64,000 bases of DNA from positions 617 to 64,616 of the forward strand of contig CAZZBW010000001.1 of NCBI GenBank assembly GCA_964653045.1, in the 5' to 3' direction. The position numbers were made by a program, and so were the translations under genes. Each line of letters begins with the position of its first letter. Position 1 is the first letter of the stretch. The notes beneath the pieces were generated by a model. It had not been told where the DNA came from and made no database searches. It saw only the letters and a list, made by a program, of their open reading frames with translations. This document shows, piece by piece, positions 1 to 10,000 of the stretch. Origin of the DNA: an uncultured Pseudomonadales bacterium. GTDB taxonomy: Bacteria > Patescibacteriota > Microgenomatia > UBA1400 > PJMF01.

Positions 1-949
1 CTATTGGGGGTTGATCCAGGTTGATTCGATCAATGGTATTTCAGTCAAAGAGTCGAGTAAGCAAGAGAGACCGAGGTTTCACAAGTTGACTCCGGTTTAT
101 CCAGACTCACAGATCAAGTTGGAGATGGGTGACGAGCCTCTCTCGCTGAGAATTATTGACTTAATTGCCCCAATTGGTAAAGGCCAACGCAGTTTGCTAG
201 TCTCTCCGCCCAAAGCTGGGAAAACTAATATTCTCAAGGAAATCGCCAGTGGGGTGGCCGCCAATCACCCGGAAATCCATATTATGGCGGTGTTGGTAGG
301 AGAACGACCAGAGGAAGTGACAGATATTCGCCGACATATTGAACGAATCACTCAAGGCAAGGGTGAGGTGGCGGCCAGTAATTTTGACGAGTCAGCCAAA
401 GATCAAACCCATGTGGCTGAGCTCGCTTTGGAGCGGGCCAAGCGCCTAGTGGAAATTGGTCAAGACGTAATTATTTTGCTTGACTCAATCACCCGTTTGG
501 CTAGAGCTTACAACTTGGCGATGCCCACGTCAGGGAGGACTTTGTCTGGTGGTTTTGATCCAGCAGCGTTGTTCCCACCGAAAAAGTTTTTTGGGGCTGC
601 CCGAAATTTTGAAGTGCCGGGCAGCTTAACGATCGTCGGTACTGCGCTGGTTGACACTGGTTCGCGCATGGATGACCTGGTCTATGAAGAGTTCAAGGGC
701 ACTGGTAATCAAGAGGTGCATCTAACCCGAAGTTTGGCCGAAAGACGAATTTATCCCGCAATTGATGTCCAGCGATCAAGTACGCGCCGCGATGATCTAC
801 TGATTAATAGTGTTGATTACCAATCAGTCATGACATTACAGAGGATGCTCGATACTCTAGATAAGGACGAGCGCAGTTTAACCCTAATCAATCAACTGCG
901 CCGCACCAAGACCAACAAAGAATTTTTGGCCAATCTCAAGGCAGCTTAA
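1..949 (+). CDS. rho: Transcription termination factor Rho, C-terminal part (5' end lies upstream of the window)
   Basis: The ORF is open to the window edge. FHKLTPVYPD...RIIDLIAPIGKGQRSLLVSPPKAGKT matches the Rho RNA-binding/ATPase junction and Walker A. RecA-like ATPase core continues to the C-terminus. About 130 N-terminal residues are missing. Confidence 0.85.
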   Translation, partial: YWGLIQVDSINGISVKESSKQERPRFHKLTPVYPDSQIKLEMGDEPLSLRIIDLIAPIGKGQRSLLVSPPKAGKTNILKEIASGVAANHPEIHIMAVLVGERPEEVTDIRRHIERITQGKGEVAASNFDESAKDQTHVAELALERAKRLVEIGQDVIILLDSITRLARAYNLAMPTSGRTLSGGFDPAALFPPKKFFGAARNFEVPGSLTIVGTALVDTGSRMDDLVYEEFKGTGNQEVHLTRSLAERRIYPAIDVQRSSTRRDDLLINSVDYQSVMTLQRMLDTLDKDERSLTLINQLRRTKTNKEFLANLKAA

Positions 950-955
950 TCAATC

Positions 956-2080
956 ATGATCAAAAAACGTCGTACCATCTTTTCTATACCGATTGTGGGA
1001 GAACTCAATCAGTATATGAAATTTTTGCTCAAGTATGGCAAAAATCATTTTTATGCTTGGTTTGTCCACTTCGAAGATGCCAAGGATATCCTAGTAGATT
1101 TATTACATCGCAAGAGAGGTAGATACGCGCGACCGTTCTTGCATTTGGCCTTTGTGGCACTGACGTTTATGGTGATCAACGTGGGACCATGGTTGCTCAG
1201 CCCCGCTGAAGGCGGGGCTGATCTAGAAGATCTGAAAGGCACTTTCGCCACTCAAGCTTATGGTGTCAATTTTTATACCCAACAAGCCGAGGAAGTGAGT
1301 CGCTATCGAGGAGGGGAGATCATTAACCATTACGTGGGCGAAGGTGAAACTTTGAGTGATATCGCACAACGCTATAACCTCGAGATCGAGACAGTCCTTT
1401 GGGAAAATAATCTCGCAGCTAACAGCACCATTAAGCCGGGTCAGGAATTGAAAATTCTGCCAATTGACGGCGTTCGTCACCAAGTGGCTAGAGGTGAAAC
1501 AATTTATACTATTGCCAAGAAATATGGTTTGAACGAGTCCCAAGCCCAGATGATTATTGATTATCCGTTTAACGAATTTTTAAACGACGAAACATTTGAG
1601 CTGGCAGTCAATCAGAGTATTCTGGTACCTGAGGGAATTAAACCAGCAGAAAAGAAAGCTGTGCCATCTACTACTCGTTATGTGGCGCAAACGCCGAGTG
1701 CGGGGGTGGTAGCAGCCTCAGGATCGTTCGGATGGCCTGCTAGCGGAGGAATCAGTCAAGGTTATAAATTTTATCATAAAGCTATCGATATTTCTAACAA
1801 AGGTGGCGGGCCAATTTTGGCAGCTGACAGTGGCACCGTGGTGATAGCAGGATTTGTCGATAATTCAGGTTACGGTAATCGAGTAATGGTGGATCACGGC
1901 AATGGGTATGTAACTCTGTACGCGCACTTGAGCGTCGCTCAAGTGCAGCCGGGACAAACAGTTAGTCGCGGCAACGTCCTTGGTCAGATGGGGAGCACTG
2001 GGCGTTCCACTGGTACTCACCTCCACTTTGAGATCAGGAAAGATGGAGCTTTGCTCAATCCGCTGCAATTTCTGCAATAA
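956..2080 (+). CDS. LysM-domain M23 family metallopeptidase (cell-wall hydrolase)
   Basis: Two LysM-like motifs (GETLSDIAQRYNL, GETIYTIAKKYGL). C-terminal M23 signature: HKAIDIS...GNRVMVDHGNGYVTLYAHL...GSTGRSTGTHLHFEI. N-terminal TM helix. Confidence 0.8.
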   Translation: MIKKRRTIFSIPIVGELNQYMKFLLKYGKNHFYAWFVHFEDAKDILVDLLHRKRGRYARPFLHLAFVALTFMVINVGPWLLSPAEGGADLEDLKGTFATQAYGVNFYTQQAEEVSRYRGGEIINHYVGEGETLSDIAQRYNLEIETVLWENNLAANSTIKPGQELKILPIDGVRHQVARGETIYTIAKKYGLNESQAQMIIDYPFNEFLNDETFELAVNQSILVPEGIKPAEKKAVPSTTRYVAQTPSAGVVAASGSFGWPASGGISQGYKFYHKAIDISNKGGGPILAADSGTVVIAGFVDNSGYGNRVMVDHGNGYVTLYAHLSVAQVQPGQTVSRGNVLGQMGSTGRSTGTHLHFEIRKDGALLNPLQFLQ

Positions 2081-2105
2081 TAATATATAGGTTATACTGC
2101 ACATC

Positions 2106-3371
2106 ATGATTGATTGGGTGAGGTTGGAAATACTAGCAGGGGATGGCGGCAGCGGCAGCATTTCTTTTCGGCGTGAGAAATACGCGCCCAAGGGTGGCCC
2201 AGATGGTGGTGATGGTGGTAATGGAGGAAGCGTGATCGTGCGTGCCACCGCCCGCCTGTCGACGCTCAATCACCTGCAAGGTAAAAAAAAGATTCAAGCG
2301 GAAAGTGGTGGTCCTGGTCAAAAGCGCAAAAAATTTGGAGCTAACGCTAAGGATTTTTATCTGGATGTGCCGGTGGGAACGCGTATTATTGTGACCGCCG
2401 AGAATCCAATTTCACGCTTTGGTGCGAAAGCACTCAAGCGCAGCAATCTGGATTTTTACTGTTATAGTCAAGAGTATGAAGATCAGATTCAGAAAAATAT
2501 TTGTCGAGTAGACCAAGATGGTTCGCTGCGGGAAAAACAAAAGCAGCTGAGTGAGGTAGCTAATGAGTTAACTCCTGAGTTTGGACTTCCCATTTCAACT
2601 GGTAAAGTGGTATGCGAACTGAACGAAGTGGGGCAAGAATTTATACTCTGCCAAGGCGGATTGGGTGGGCGAGGTAATACCCAATTTAAGTCTTCAACTT
2701 TGACCACTCCTAGAATTGCAGAATATGGCAGTGTGGGCGAGCGCAAAGAAGTGGTGTTGGAGCTGAGATTGCTGGCCGACATCGGTTTGGTCGGCCAGCC
2801 CAATGTGGGCAAGAGTAGCTTGCTCTCTGTTTTGACCGAAGCCCGACCGAAAGTGGCCAATTATCCGTTTACCACTCTTGAGCCAAACCTGGGAATTCTG
2901 ACTCAAACCGATTTGGTGATGGCTGATATCCCCGGGTTGATTGCTGGAGCACACACCGGCAAAGGCTTGGGTACGAACTTCTTGCGTCATATTGCTCACT
3001 GTCGGGTTTTATGTTTTGTCGTGGCAGTGGCGGACACTCACTTGGTAGAGGTGGCTGAAGGTCAGTTTGCATCTCCGATTGTAGAGCTCAAACAGCAATT
3101 AGAGATGCTACATTCAGAGTTGATTCAGGCCTCTCCAACTTTTCTCGATAAACCACAGATAATTATCTTGAGTAAAATTGATCTTTATCCCGAGGGTTTA
3201 ATCAAGGCGGCCAAAACCAAACTGGTTGGTAAAACAAAAACACCATTTTTTGCTGTCAGTAGCGCTAATCGCGAGGGGATAGAACAACTGCGCCAATACC
3301 TGATGGGTATTGGCGCACAACTTACTCCACAACCGGTGGTGCCTCAGGAGTTGTGGTATCACTCGGTGTAA
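2106..3371 (+). CDS. obg: GTPase Obg/CgtA with an insertion in the Obg-fold domain and no C-terminal OCT/TGS extension
   Basis: N-terminal glycine-rich Obg fold (AGDGGSGSISFRREKYAPKGGPDGGDGGNGG). G1 motif GQPNVGKSS. G2/switch region PFTTLEPNLG. About 60 extra residues between the Obg fold and the G domain compared with canonical Obg. Confidence 0.85.
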   Translation: MIDWVRLEILAGDGGSGSISFRREKYAPKGGPDGGDGGNGGSVIVRATARLSTLNHLQGKKKIQAESGGPGQKRKKFGANAKDFYLDVPVGTRIIVTAENPISRFGAKALKRSNLDFYCYSQEYEDQIQKNICRVDQDGSLREKQKQLSEVANELTPEFGLPISTGKVVCELNEVGQEFILCQGGLGGRGNTQFKSSTLTTPRIAEYGSVGERKEVVLELRLLADIGLVGQPNVGKSSLLSVLTEARPKVANYPFTTLEPNLGILTQTDLVMADIPGLIAGAHTGKGLGTNFLRHIAHCRVLCFVVAVADTHLVEVAEGQFASPIVELKQQLEMLHSELIQASPTFLDKPQIIILSKIDLYPEGLIKAAKTKLVGKTKTPFFAVSSANREGIEQLRQYLMGIGAQLTPQPVVPQELWYHSV

Positions 3372-5457
3372 CATTCGATTCTGTTTGCTGAGAATCCGGA
3401 ATTACCACGTCATTGACCGGTGGAGTATTAACTAAATCAGCAGGTTGCGTTTCCAATTGTTGATTGGTAATCGAGTTTGTTGGTGTGGTGGCTGATTCTG
3501 GCGCGGTTTCCGCTGACTCTGACTTTGGTAGCGCATCAATCTCTTTCTGTAGCGCTTCAATCTCTTGGTTCAGCTTGATGAAATCTTCCGAGCCAGAGTC
3601 AACTAGAGCCAGAGTTTGTTGATAAGAAGTCATCGATTCTTCCAATCTTTTCAACTGTCTGAGCACAACTGCCAGGTTGTAGTGAGTGTTGGGATAATCT
3701 GGCTTGATATTAATTGTTTCAGATAGAACACCGACTGCTTGTTGAGCTTGCTCGGTAGCAACTAACACTCCACCCAGAGCAATTCTGAGATTGGGATCAG
3801 TGGGATAAGTTTGGATGGCATTGATGTACGCCTGAGTTGTCCACTGGGGCGCATCTTCAGCCAAGCCAATCATATTAGAGTAAATGTTGGCTAAGACTTG
3901 CCAGTTTTGCGAATCAAGCGGATCAAGAACCGTAGCTGCCGAGGCTTCTCGCACTGCCTGTTGCAGGAGCAGGTTGATCTGTTCCTTGTCCTCATCTGAT
4001 ACCTCGGCTTTATTGGCCAGGGCGCTGGCAATCAGCAGATTGGTAAATGCGTACGAGCGTCGATTAACATCAAGATAGGGATTGAGGGTGACCGCCCGTT
4101 GTTGCAGATCGTAAACCTGAGTTGCGTCATTGTTGACAGCAGCCAGATCAGCTTTGCGAAGCAGGATTAAGGGATAGAATCCACGATAAAGACCGTAAAA
4201 ACCCGCTGCTGTGCCGGCCAAAATAACTACACAGAGGAAGTAAACTGGCAGGCTGCTGTTTTTGGCTCTGCGGTCTTCGGTGAAAGCCTCATTGATTTGA
4301 TCTCCTTTAGATGAAGTCAAGCTAATGCTCATGCCACCAACGCTAAAACTGGGCAAGTGTTTTTTATCAATTGCTACTAGAGCTGCGAGCGTTACAGCCT
4401 GGAGGGTAATGATCACCAAGTTGGCAGGGAAGAAGAAGCTAATTATGATCGAAACCAAAATTGGTGCCAGAAGAGAAGACTCTTGTGATTTTTTGATCTG
4501 AGTCAGTGAAGTCCTCGCCACTCTATAGACCAACCATAGCCAGGCCGCAACACCCAAGATACCCATGGTAGTCAGAATAGTGAGGGGTTGATTATTGGCT
4601 GTACTGAATATTAGACTCCAATCTTCTGTACCGTTCACCCAAATTGGTTTGTATTGGCGGTAACTATTGGCATAACTTTCTGGACCAGCTCCAATCAGGG
4701 CAGTTCGTGGGGCCCTGAGGTTATCAAGAGAGATCGACCAGCTGGATAAGAAAGACTGATTCTTGAGTGGAGCTGGTCCAGCCTGGCGCATACTCCAGCC
4801 ATACAAACCAATGCCGATAATCAGCAACGGCATAATTATCGCGCTAAAAATTGAGATCTTCTTCTGTTTCCAGCTTTCCCAAGCTAGATAGCTGAGTCCG
4901 AGAATCGCAATTTGAAAGCTGATCCACACTCCACCAGCAAATGAGTAATTTAGCTCGGTGGGAAGACTCAGACCAAAAAGCTGATTGTATAGTTGAGCTG
5001 GGCCGAAGCCGATCATCTGGAAGGTACTGCCCAAGACATTGATCAAACCAACTATGGCAATTGTTTTACCTACTAATTTGTGGGCGTGAGCTGGCAAGAC
5101 CTGTGCACCCAGAAGTATGATCAAACCGAAGGCAATATACGCGCCTCCCCAGCCCAATAGGTTCTCCACGGGATAACTTGACGCCATTAGTGAAGAAACA
5201 AGACTTACTACCAACAAAGCCAGAACCGGCCAGAACCAGCGAGTGAAAACCAAATCGAGGCTCTTTTTCTGCCAAGATCGTACTCCATAGATGGCTACAA
5301 CTAATAAAGCGGACGCCATCAGCGCAAAAAGCTTGGTATCCTGGACAAAATTATTGGTGAGTGGCAGGTTGATTAAGCCAGTGGCGACAACCAGTCCAAG
5401 TATTAGCCAGAGGGCGATGTGATTTATTAAAGAGGAGTGATGGGTATTGTTGAACAT
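3322..5457 (-). CDS. Polytopic membrane protein, Wzy_C/O-antigen-ligase-like, with C-terminal TPR repeats and a P/T/S-rich tail; possible pilin O-oligosaccharyltransferase
   Basis: At least 10 predicted TM helices. C-terminal TPR-like region (YINAIQTYPTDPNLRIALGGVLV...YNLAVVLRQLKRLEES). Low-complexity PT-rich tail. Lies divergently adjacent to three pilin genes. The Wzy_C assignment rests on architecture only. Confidence 0.5.
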   Translation of the reverse strand: MFNNTHHSSLINHIALWLILGLVVATGLINLPLTNNFVQDTKLFALMASALLVVAIYGVRSWQKKSLDLVFTRWFWPVLALLVVSLVSSLMASSYPVENLLGWGGAYIAFGLIILLGAQVLPAHAHKLVGKTIAIVGLINVLGSTFQMIGFGPAQLYNQLFGLSLPTELNYSFAGGVWISFQIAILGLSYLAWESWKQKKISIFSAIIMPLLIIGIGLYGWSMRQAGPAPLKNQSFLSSWSISLDNLRAPRTALIGAGPESYANSYRQYKPIWVNGTEDWSLIFSTANNQPLTILTTMGILGVAAWLWLVYRVARTSLTQIKKSQESSLLAPILVSIIISFFFPANLVIITLQAVTLAALVAIDKKHLPSFSVGGMSISLTSSKGDQINEAFTEDRRAKNSSLPVYFLCVVILAGTAAGFYGLYRGFYPLILLRKADLAAVNNDATQVYDLQQRAVTLNPYLDVNRRSYAFTNLLIASALANKAEVSDEDKEQINLLLQQAVREASAATVLDPLDSQNWQVLANIYSNMIGLAEDAPQWTTQAYINAIQTYPTDPNLRIALGGVLVATEQAQQAVGVLSETINIKPDYPNTHYNLAVVLRQLKRLEESMTSYQQTLALVDSGSEDFIKLNQEIEALQKEIDALPKSESAETAPESATTPTNSITNQQLETQPADLVNTPPVNDVVIPDSQQTESNVTPSDTTTPEAPPVVE

Positions 5458-5536
5458 GTTCTACATTAAAGCAAACTACCATACACGAAAGCAAGAGCAA
5501 AAATTCACTACGACGATGTGATAAACTGATATATAG

Positions 5537-6007
5537 ATGAAGAATATGTCGCGCGCTCGCCTGGGTTTCAGCATGATTGAGATGATGATTATCATGGCTT
5601 TGATCGGCATTCTGTCTGTCAGCATCGGTTGGCAGGTGACCAGGCAGCTAGGTCGCGCTCGCGACAGCGAGCGCAAAGATGACCTGGCCAGGATCAAGCT
5701 AGCGTTTGAGGATTACTATAATGATCATGATGAGTATCCACCAGACGATACTATTTTAACTAATTGTGGTGGTGCCCAATTAATGCCATATCTTCCAGTG
5801 ATTCCTTGTGATCCGAGCACCCACGACCCTTATCTCTACGAGCCCGATCTAGCAACTGGCGGTTATCGTGTTTACGCTATCTTGGAGAACCCTGCTGAGA
5901 AATCTGTCACAGATCTGAATTGCGGTGGCTCACAGGGATGTAATGTAACTGGTCACTCTGAGTATAATTATGGTGTGGCAGTGGGTGTGCCTGTCAGGAT
6001 GCCTTAG
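5537..6007 (+). CDS. Type IV pilin/pseudopilin-like protein with class III prepilin signal
   Basis: N-terminal RARLG|FSMIEMMIIMALIGIL matches the prepilin peptidase site (G/F, Glu at +5). Hydrophobic alpha1 helix. C-terminal cysteines (NCGG...PCDPS...NCGGSQGC). Confidence 0.7.
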   Translation: MKNMSRARLGFSMIEMMIIMALIGILSVSIGWQVTRQLGRARDSERKDDLARIKLAFEDYYNDHDEYPPDDTILTNCGGAQLMPYLPVIPCDPSTHDPYLYEPDLATGGYRVYAILENPAEKSVTDLNCGGSQGCNVTGHSEYNYGVAVGVPVRMP

Positions 6008-6045
6008 TGAGAAATAACAAGTTAAAAACTATCGATAAGGAGCAT

Positions 6046-6513
6046 ATGCGCAATTTTTCTCCAGCCAAACGGGGTTTCACCATGATCGAGATTTTGGTGG
6101 TGGTTACCATCATTGGAATTCTAATTACATTGGGAATTCGTTCGTACAACGCTACTCAAATCAAAGCTCGAGACGTTAGGCGCAAAGCGGATTTGCACAA
6201 TATAGCCAAACCCCTCGAAGCATACTTCAATGATTATGGTGTGTATCCGATAGGAGCGGGCGTGATTACCATCGGTGTTAACACAATAGATTGGGGCGAA
6301 GCATTTGTTGACGGCAATGGAACAGTCTATATGTCACAGCTTCCTGAAGACCCCAGGGGTGACAGAAATTATTGGTATGAATCTAATGGCACTGAGTGGG
6401 CAATTTCGGCGCTGCTTGAGAATGAGAATGATCCCGATAGAGCGGGACCATTTCTTGGTACAACTTGTATAGTGGCTGATGACTGTAATTATCAAGTAAC
6501 TAGTACCAACTAA
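6046..6513 (+). CDS. Type IV pilin-like protein
   Basis: KRG|FTMIEILVVVTIIGIL prepilin motif. ATG at 6046 is preceded by AAGGAG at about -7. The ORF track begins at GTG 6007 and overlaps the upstream stop. C-terminal CxxxxC pair. Confidence 0.7.
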   Translation: MRNFSPAKRGFTMIEILVVVTIIGILITLGIRSYNATQIKARDVRRKADLHNIAKPLEAYFNDYGVYPIGAGVITIGVNTIDWGEAFVDGNGTVYMSQLPEDPRGDRNYWYESNGTEWAISALLENENDPDRAGPFLGTTCIVADDCNYQVTSTN

Positions 6514-6525
6514 ATAGATAAAAAT

Positions 6526-6990
6526 ATGTTCAAACTACCCTCCAGTAAATCAGGTTTTACCCTCATCGAGCTCTTAATCGTGATTGTGATTATTGCCTTG
6601 TTATTGGGAATTCTATTACCCAATATGCTGGGGATGAGAGAGAGGGCGAGGGATAGCGAGACAAAATCAGAGTTGAGAGAGCTCAAACTGGCGGTGGAGC
6701 TCTACGCTGACGAGTTTCAAGGGTATCCAGAAGGACATGCAAATAAAATGTATGGTTGTGGCACTACACCACCGGCGATCTGTAATGATGGTGATGTTTT
6801 CAGGCGAAATGGAATAGATTTTATGCAGGAAATGCCAGATGATTATAATTATGAGCAGCCAGACTCTACCAGTTTTTACATTTGGAAACTCTTAGAGAAT
6901 GAGTCCGATCAAGATATAGAAAGAAGTTGGGCAAAGTGTGGAATTACATCGTCGCCTGACCCGCAGGCTTATTTCGAATGCAGTTTTTAA
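6526..6990 (+). CDS. Type IV pilin-like protein
   Basis: KSG|FTLIELLIVIVIIALLLGIL prepilin motif. Conserved charged segment after the helix (RERARDSE, also present in the other two pilins). Four Cys in the C-terminal half. Confidence 0.7.
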   Translation: MFKLPSSKSGFTLIELLIVIVIIALLLGILLPNMLGMRERARDSETKSELRELKLAVELYADEFQGYPEGHANKMYGCGTTPPAICNDGDVFRRNGIDFMQEMPDDYNYEQPDSTSFYIWKLLENESDQDIERSWAKCGITSSPDPQAYFECSF

Positions 6991-7059
6991 TTTATTTTGT
7001 CATCATGTTACTTGGGACATATTGAGGTTTTGGTGAGATTTAAATTTCGGGATGGGTTA

Positions 7060-10000
7060 CTACTCAGTGAAAAACACTGCGCCATTATTGTAAACCGTCT
7101 GGATTTGGTCTTGAGTCAGGGCGTAGTTGAAGATCTGCACGTCGTCGATTTGACCGTCCCAAGTCGTTGTTGGAGAAGCTTTGCCTGCCCCAATGTACAA
7201 GTTTCCGGTTGAAGTAGTGTCGTACTTAAGGGTTTTGTTTAAGACAACCGATTTTTCCATTTGTCCATTGATATAGATTTTGGCAGTTGCTTGGTCATAG
7301 GTACAAGTTATATGAGTCCAGGTGTTGTTGGGAATATCGTTGACGCTATCAACATCAAGAGCATATGAGTTATCAGTAAAACCTAAAAAGCACTCTACCT
7401 TGTTATCATTGCTCCGGTCATAGATCATTGCATAAGAAGCGAATGGGGCGGCACCATCATTATTATATGTTTTACCAATAATCGACTTTGCTCCAGCGCT
7501 GGTTGTCGTGCGGTACACCCAAGCAGAGTAGGAGATTGAAGCAGGCTCTATAATGCTCGATCTTGGGATAGTAATAAAATCATCCGTACCATCAAAGTTA
7601 AGTGATGCGTTGAACTGCCCGGTGGCACCGTTACCCCAAGCGGTGCTTGGGGTGGAGCAGTCGCCGGCGGCGGTTTGCGCACCGCCGCCAGTCCCACCCC
7701 AAGTCCCATTTAAGTTAGCATCATATGTTTCGTTGCTGGAGTGAACCGTGGTGCCAGAGCACTCGTCCATTTTGTAATGAGCGACTGGATCACCGCGATT
7801 GTAATCCCAGGCAATCTGTGCCGGTGTACGGGCGTAGTTAAAGATTTGAACGTGATCAATTTGGCCTTCAAAAGGATAAGCTGTGTCAGAATCCCACCAA
7901 CCAGCACCAATTTCAATTTTTTCTCCTGCAAGATTGGGGGTACAATTTGAAAATTGATTCGAGGTGGTTTTTTCTTCGCCATTAATATAGATTTTTGTTG
8001 TCGAAGCTATCAATCCTGGACTTTTCACTACAGCGACGTGGTACCAATTGTTATTCTCGGTTATTACTTGTGTGCTGGTGTTTTGTCCACAAGTACCTGT
8101 ATGTAGTCCAATTCGACCACTGCCAGCGCCTGTAACACTGAGAATAATTGCTGCATGATTTCCAGTTCCTGTTACGGTTGGTAAAACACCGACAATTACC
8201 TGGTTTTCTTGTGTGTAGTCAGCGGGATTGATCCACGCCTCAAATGTTCCAGCAAAGTTTCCACTTAGTCCTGTATTGTTACCTGCATATTTAACATAAT
8301 CATTACTTCCATCAAAACTTAAAGCTTTGCCAATTTTGCCGTTTGTCCAGACGGGATCAGTAGTATCAGACCCAGAAGTTGATCCAAGCTGGCCAGTGTT
8401 GGCGTTGCCAGTCGTATCGTTGGTTACTTGGCCAGTACCCTCATCCAACTTCCACTCCGCCACAGGCGCACAACTGCCCGTACTATCTCCAGGTGGGCAG
8501 TACGAGCGGTCACTAGCATTTGAGGCTTCGCCTGACGCATCTGTTGAGAGCGCGCCCATGACGGTGGCTTTGCCCATGTTGAACTCGGCTTGGATTTGGG
8601 ACTCATCCAGAAAATGATTGTAGATTTTTAGCTCGTCGACGTTGAAGTTACTTGCATAATTTCCACCGTTTCCACCAATATAAAGAACGTCACTATAGTT
8701 ATAGACAGTTCCAGTCACTGTGGTTTCTCCCTTAAGTGAGCCGTCAACAAAAAGTCTTAGTTTTCCTGTACCTGAGTCATATTGACACACATAATGATTC
8801 CACTCTCCCAATACGCCGGAGTTATTCACAGCAAAGTTTGCGAGTGAAGTGTTTGCCAGCATACAACCGAAGCTGTTTGAGGCATTAGGTACTATTCCCC
8901 CATGAAATCCAAATTTTGCTATGGTTACTGAGTTTCCCCCATTGGCGTTTTTCTTCAACCATGCGCTGATTGAAAAAGAAGAAGTGCCTGAGTCAATCAA
9001 CCCAGGTAAATTCATCGTTGCATAATCACCATCTGGATTAGCAGCGCCATCAAACGACAATCCTTTGTCAAGTTTACTATTGTTATTCCAGCTAGGGCAG
9101 GTTGTTGCTCCAGGACAGGCTCCGCCCATATCGGCGTTATAACTACTACCCCCACTACCGGAATTGTGAAGTGTCTCGCCATAACCCTCGTCAAATTTCA
9201 AATGGACTAAGGCACTGCCCACCGGACTACCGGGCGGGGGATGCCCGGCGTTCATGTCTTCCACGATTTGTTGGGAAGTGCGGGCGTAGTTATACAACTT
9301 AATATCGTCAAGTTTTCCTTGAAAAGATCTAGTGGTGTAGTTGTAAATCGACCCACCAATCGAAAGTGGTTGACTAGTGGCAACATTGAGGACAATTGAT
9401 TGAGAGGTTTTTTGTTGACCATTTAGAAACTGCTTAATGTTCTGACCGTCATAACTGACAGTAATGTAATTCCATTCTGATAAATTGCCCGTTACTCCAG
9501 TGGCTGAAAAACCGTAGGTCTCAAAATTGAAGCTAGTATCAGTTACTCCGACCCTGGCGCTATTGTATCCACCTGACACATGAGTACCCCAGCCAATTGC
9601 AATATCTTCATAAGATTGTTGCCCCGAATCTTCTGCTTTTGCCCAGAAGCCAACGGTCCATGGTTTGTTAGAAACAACACTTTCAATAGATGCGCTAGAA
9701 TTGACGTTTAAATAATCGGCTCCATTAAACTGAAGACCAGAACTATACTGGCCAACTGTCCAACTGGATTCTGACATGGAACCTTCCATTGTTCCAACAT
9801 TATCTTTTCCTGAGTAATCAAAAGCGGATGTTCCCGTACCCTCGTCAAATTTCCAGTATCCGATTGGTCCTGGCGCCCAGTTGTAGAGAGCTTGAACTTC
9901 GGCGGGGGAGAGGGCGCGGTTGTAAACCCGAGTTTCATCAATGTTACCTTTAAAATTTTGCGAATAGGTACTATGACCTGAAGCACCTATGACAAAAGGA

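Noticed and set aside
1051-3072. Antisense ORFs within the M23 peptidase and obg genes (1051-1251, 1223-1543, 1865-2269, 2489-2860, 2694-2999, 2869-3072, all minus strand)
   Set aside because: They are embedded in genes that carry clear conserved motifs on the plus strand, and they have no motifs of their own.
6997-7212. 71-aa plus-strand ORF between the pilin genes and the giant gene
   Set aside because: It overlaps the 3' end of the 3870-aa minus-strand ORF, which encodes a LamG domain there. It has no start context or motif and is likely spurious.
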